Shown in pieces: positions 33,674 to 36,771 of a stretch of DNA of 36,771 nucleotides. Made by a program: the position numbers and the translations under genes. Within the stretch, counting starts at the first letter, position 1, and the number at the start of each line of letters is the position of its first letter. Location: assembly GCA_009103225.1 (NCBI GenBank), contig RHPI01003467.1:1-36771 (forward strand). The letters are read 5' to 3'. This DNA comes from Chlorokybus atmophyticus. Taxonomy: Eukaryota > Plantae > Mesostigma and Chlorokybus algae. The notes beneath the pieces are model-generated. The model was not told the DNA's origin. It searched no databases and worked only from the letters and a program-made list of their open reading frames with translations.

Positions 33674-36600
33674 GCCAACCCCGGCTGCTGTGGTCGGTAA
33701 ACCCCTCAGTTGCTGTCTGAGTGAAGTGCCCGTGCTGGCCGTCGTTCAGACCAGGTGCGGTCTGAACAGCAGCAACCGAATGCTGCTGTGCGCAAGGAAA
33801 GTGTGCTGAGCTTTGGCATGCTGCATACACACACATACACAAGACATGATCAGCTGACTCCAGAGGGTGAGCATGCCCTACATGCCTTGATCAGGACGAT
33901 GCGGCACAGTTGCTGAACGACTGGCAGCACGGATAACAGCCGACAGCATGGAGGTCCTTCAGCTCGCATGTGATATGCGGATCCATCACATATGTGCGTG
34001 GCTGAGCACACACGCAGCTACAGCACGGCGTCCAAGTACTGCAGCATGGGGTATGTTGGGCCACGACAGGTATGCTACAATTTTACTCGCGAACAGGGCC
34101 AAAGACCTTCATCCACCAACTACCATTGGTCTCAAACGGGTGACACGACAGTGACGTAACAGCTCTAGCGAATGTGTACTACGTGATCCCTTCCACCTCA
34201 TTCTGGCGCCATGCGCAAGCTATCTACGAGCTGCTCATTTGCAATTGACCAGTGCCAGTGCAACCAAATCCGGCCTTCCTGGCTAAATAGTACCAAGAAG
34301 TCCACGTGCACAGCGGCAGCCGACCACTGATGGACGTGTTTCTAGCCTTCTCCCTGCAACCGATGGACAAGTACAGATTGAAGCATACCTGCTGCAGCTT
34401 CAGCAGCTTGCCGGGCGGAAGCTCCCTGTGACGCCGGCGGCGATCAACCCGCTGACCATACCAAAGCCCAAATACAGATCAAAACTTGCTAGAGAAAGTG
34501 ACACACCACCAACAGAAGCAGAACTCTGTCCCTAGCAACCACACAAACTGGCGAGCAGCAAACTTCTACTACGCCAGCAGCAACTGCAGCCGGCTACTCC
34601 AGCGTACAGTGCACTCAGCTCAACTCAGGCACGCATGCCTCCGGCCTGGCTAGTGGCCACCTTTTCCCAGCATGTCAAACGCACGTACGGCCGCGGCCCC
34701 GCCGCCTCGCTCACGTTATGTTTATGTTAGCTGCGACCATTCAACGCAGCGGGCGTGTGCACGACATTCGCGCTACGAATCACGCCGCTACCCGCCACGG
34801 TGACCACTAACGTACGCCGACACGGTCCGCCAGCACCTCACGGCAGTATTACTTAAAGCTGCATAACGCTGCACCCTAGATTTCTTTCTTTCTTGGCGAC
34901 AATTGTCAACATTTGTCCGATACGTTGCAGTTCTACAATTTGTAGACTACAAGCGCCTTCACTGGAAGCATGCATAGGTAATGCTTTGTCTAAGCTCTCA
35001 TAAGACCGGTTGCAGTATTTCAGTAGGGCTCCGCTGAGTTTCACGTGCGCTAGGGGCCTAATCCTAGCAGCTAGGGGCAATGCATTCTGTGTCGTAGCGA
35101 AACATGGCGTCATGGGCGTGGGGGCTATGCAGCACAGGTCCGGGTTTTGCAAGCCAGTTTAGCTGGCCACGCGCGCTGCAGATCTGTCCACCTCACAAGG
35201 CGCCAAAACCCAGACACGCCTGGATGCAGCCAATCATGCGCCTTAGACGAAGCATCCACGGGCCAATGCGCGTTGCGACACGGCACTTCGCTTATTAACG
35301 TTGTACAGTATACCCTCGATGTAGTCACCACGTATGTTTTGAGACCTATTGGCACTGCATGGAGGAAGTCTCTACCTCGGTGTAGTTACAATGGTCGTTA
35401 CAGCGCGTTACCGTAGAGACCCGTACAAAACAACCCACACTCAATTCTGCAAATCAAAATTTTTTTTTTACCTTTTGCTATGATGACCATAAAAGACAAT
35501 GAATGCATAACATGATAATAAATAAAGACCTATAATATCATATCTCAATTATAAAATTAAGAAATTAATAATTGTGGTAAGTTGTATTGCACGTGTCTCT
35601 ACGATATCTCGTTGTGTGGCACAAATTGTCACGCAATGTTGTTATAGCGAGGTATTTACAAATGTAGTATATTGCATAAAGCAACAGCTAGTCACTACAT
35701 TGAGACCGGTCAGTAGCAGAGCTTGCAATGCTGTTGCAAGCTTTGCATCAGCTATTGCACCTATAAAAAACTATAATCCCTCATCATTGCATATGATATA
35801 AACATGGCATAGTCACGTTGCCTACTGCTGCCGTTAGTGCTAACAGCGAGTATGATACACTTTATAGAAGACGAACTTCGCTACATGTAGATTGACTTGC
35901 TATGAGGTTGCTACTATTATGAGAGTGCCATCAAAAGGAGTAAGATCTCAGCGAGAGTAGACTGTACAGAAATTGAAGTAGGTACAATTGTTAACCGTGG
36001 TTGAATATCGTAATGCCCGGGACGTTAAAAAGCGGTGTTCCTCCTTTTTGAAAGTTGTTTCATAATATGCTATATGTGCATTCATTTGTTCATTAAGATT
36101 ATAAGAGCAGCTCTTATAGGTAGTTTATGTTATAATTTGGCTCAAGGCACATGTTCACAATACCATTAGCATTAAATCTAAGGCACATTAATCAATATCA
36201 TTATAAACGTTGTAACCATTATGGTAGTTTAAAAAGTTTACAAGTGTTTGGGTCTTGAAAAAGGGAGAACACAATGCCGGTAAACAAGCATTGTAGTATA
36301 CAACGTACTTCAACTTAATAAAATATTGCATACGGAATAAATTATCGCTCCAAACTGGAGAGGTGATACTGTATTGTGTATGCATTGACCTTCGAGTACA
36401 AAATCTCGCCTTATAACTTGGGCGAGAAACGAACTACACTGGCTTAATCTAACAAAGCAATTGTTATTGTAACAATGACGTTGTTATTATGTTAATATAT
36501 TAACCAGTTTGTACTCAAGCTCAACACAAATGAACAAATAATGAACTTATACTCTAACAAAGAGATTAAGTAAGGAAGTGTAAATGTTTGGTTTTATCTC

Positions 36601-36771
36601 TTATATTGTATATGTATTAACTTTTTCAATGTTTAATGTTTTAATATTTTGTAAAGAAGTGCGTGAATTATATTTACCTATGTACATATGTATGCTTTGC
36701 ATTAATGCATAAGAAGATACACACTTGATGTTCATATAGAACATATACTGTATCTACTCTCGGGGGGGGGG

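Noticed and set aside
34853-35416. Short ORFs upstream of the GT69 gene as transposase or gene remnants
   Set aside because: No recognisable domain and no phase-consistent exon chain could be built.
35720-36118. Short 9-bp hairpins (35720-35742, 36100-36118)
   Set aside because: About one such stem is expected by chance in a window of this size.

Overview
Eukaryotic, intron-rich nuclear DNA. The plant-like proteins, short GT-AG introns and TTTAGGG-type telo-boxes suggest a green alga or early-diverging streptophyte; the taxon is an inference. Most ORFs in the supplied track are exon fragments or noise, so I rebuilt gene models by hand from splice signals and checked exon phase. In order, the window holds: a decayed non-LTR (LINE) retrotransposon interrupted by an N-gap (~450-3000); a hairpin-rich intergenic stretch; a membrane-anchored SGNH hydrolase similar to the PAF-acetylhydrolase 1b alpha subunits (+); a ~400 bp (GA)n tract; a clathrin light chain-like gene with a long C-terminal extension (-); a plastid CbbY-family HAD phosphatase (+); an EMB1703-like plastid membrane protein (-); histone chaperone ASF1 (+); an RWD + RING-H2 E3 ligase, RNF25-like (-); exocyst subunit SEC10 (+); a GT69/CAP59-like mannosyltransferase with what looks like a second, degenerate GT69-like domain (-); and an AT-rich unexplained end. 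Six of the eight genes form three head-to-head pairs. All family assignments come from remembered motifs, not database searches. The best leads are the tandem GT69 architecture, the extended clathrin light chain, a perfect 21-bp hairpin over one of its splice acceptors, and the 72-nt spacing between the RNF25 and SEC10 start codons.
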